Of a DNA stretch of 64,000 bases, positions 63,753 through 64,000 are shown piece by piece; the first letter of the stretch is position 1; each line of letters begins with the position of its first letter. The notes below the pieces were generated by a model that had not been told where the DNA came from, searched no databases, and saw nothing but the letters and a program-made list of their open reading frames with translations. Both the position numbers and the translations under genes were made by a program. This DNA comes from Pseudomonadota bacterium (GTDB taxonomy: Bacteria; Pseudomonadota; Gammaproteobacteria; Burkholderiales; Burkholderiaceae_D): NCBI GenBank assembly GCA_041173845.1, contig JBEDHZ010000001.1, positions 425 to 64,424 of the forward strand. The letters run 5' to 3'.

Positions 63753-64000
63753 ATGAAACAGACATTACAACTCCGTGTATCACAACACCTTGCACTGACT
63801 CCTCAGCTGCAGCAATCGATACGCCTGTTGCAATTGTCTACACTCGAGCTGCATCAGGAACTCGAGCAAATGCTGACTGATAATCCGCTGCTCGAACGTT
63901 TGGATGACCCGTTAGATCATTCCATACGATTGCTGAGCGACGGCGCTATCAGCCAGGCACCACTCTCGGCACCCACTGATTCTGTTGGCGAGGGCTCAGG
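63753..64000 (+). CDS. rpoN: RNA polymerase sigma-54 factor, N-terminal part; runs off the window end
   Basis: Manual translation [48 protein letters not shown] matches RpoN region I; follows lptB. Confidence 0.96.
   Translation, partial: MKQTLQLRVSQHLALTPQLQQSIRLLQLSTLELHQELEQMLTDNPLLERLDDPLDHSIRLLSDGAISQAPLSAPTDSVGEGS

Noticed and set aside
1-64000. CRISPR array, prophage, integrase, rRNA or defence system
   Set aside because: No regularly spaced repeats and no matching genes or RNA sequences were seen.

Overview
This is a housekeeping-dense region of a betaproteobacterial chromosome (Burkholderiales, Oxalobacteraceae-like by gene order and protein sequence; this placement is inference). 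In order it carries a partial enoyl-CoA hydratase, a hemerythrin-like gene, mltA, apaG, rpe-gph-trpEGDC with an unannotated Trp-rich leader peptide and attenuator, mnmC, an atypical OmpR-type regulator, hemA-prfA-dsbB-prmC-tex-grxD-ubiX, a small accessory block (secreted protein, hydratase, cstA-ybdD) next to tRNA-Thr(UGU), petABC-sspAB, an orphan NarL-type regulator, nif3/degS, tatABC, the his operon, murA, bolA, a yadGH-type ABC pair, mlaFEDACB, gltBD, ssb, uvrA, a CPA2 antiporter, kdsD-kdsC-lptCAB and the start of rpoN. No CRISPR array, prophage, rRNA or intact IS was seen. The top candidate is an intact RAYT/Y1-transposase homologue directly upstream of gltB that has lost both HUH histidines and the catalytic tyrosine but keeps a C-terminal RGRPRK tail, with two GGGTCRGA motifs just upstream of the predicted gltB promoter; it may be a domesticated transposase acting as a regulator. 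Other candidates are a ~124-bp MITE-like repeat in two copies, two palindromes with identical 9-bp arms bracketing the orphan NarL-type gene, the trp attenuator, and a receiver domain lacking its phospho-Asp. All alignments were done by eye, and start codons were often trimmed from the ORF track.
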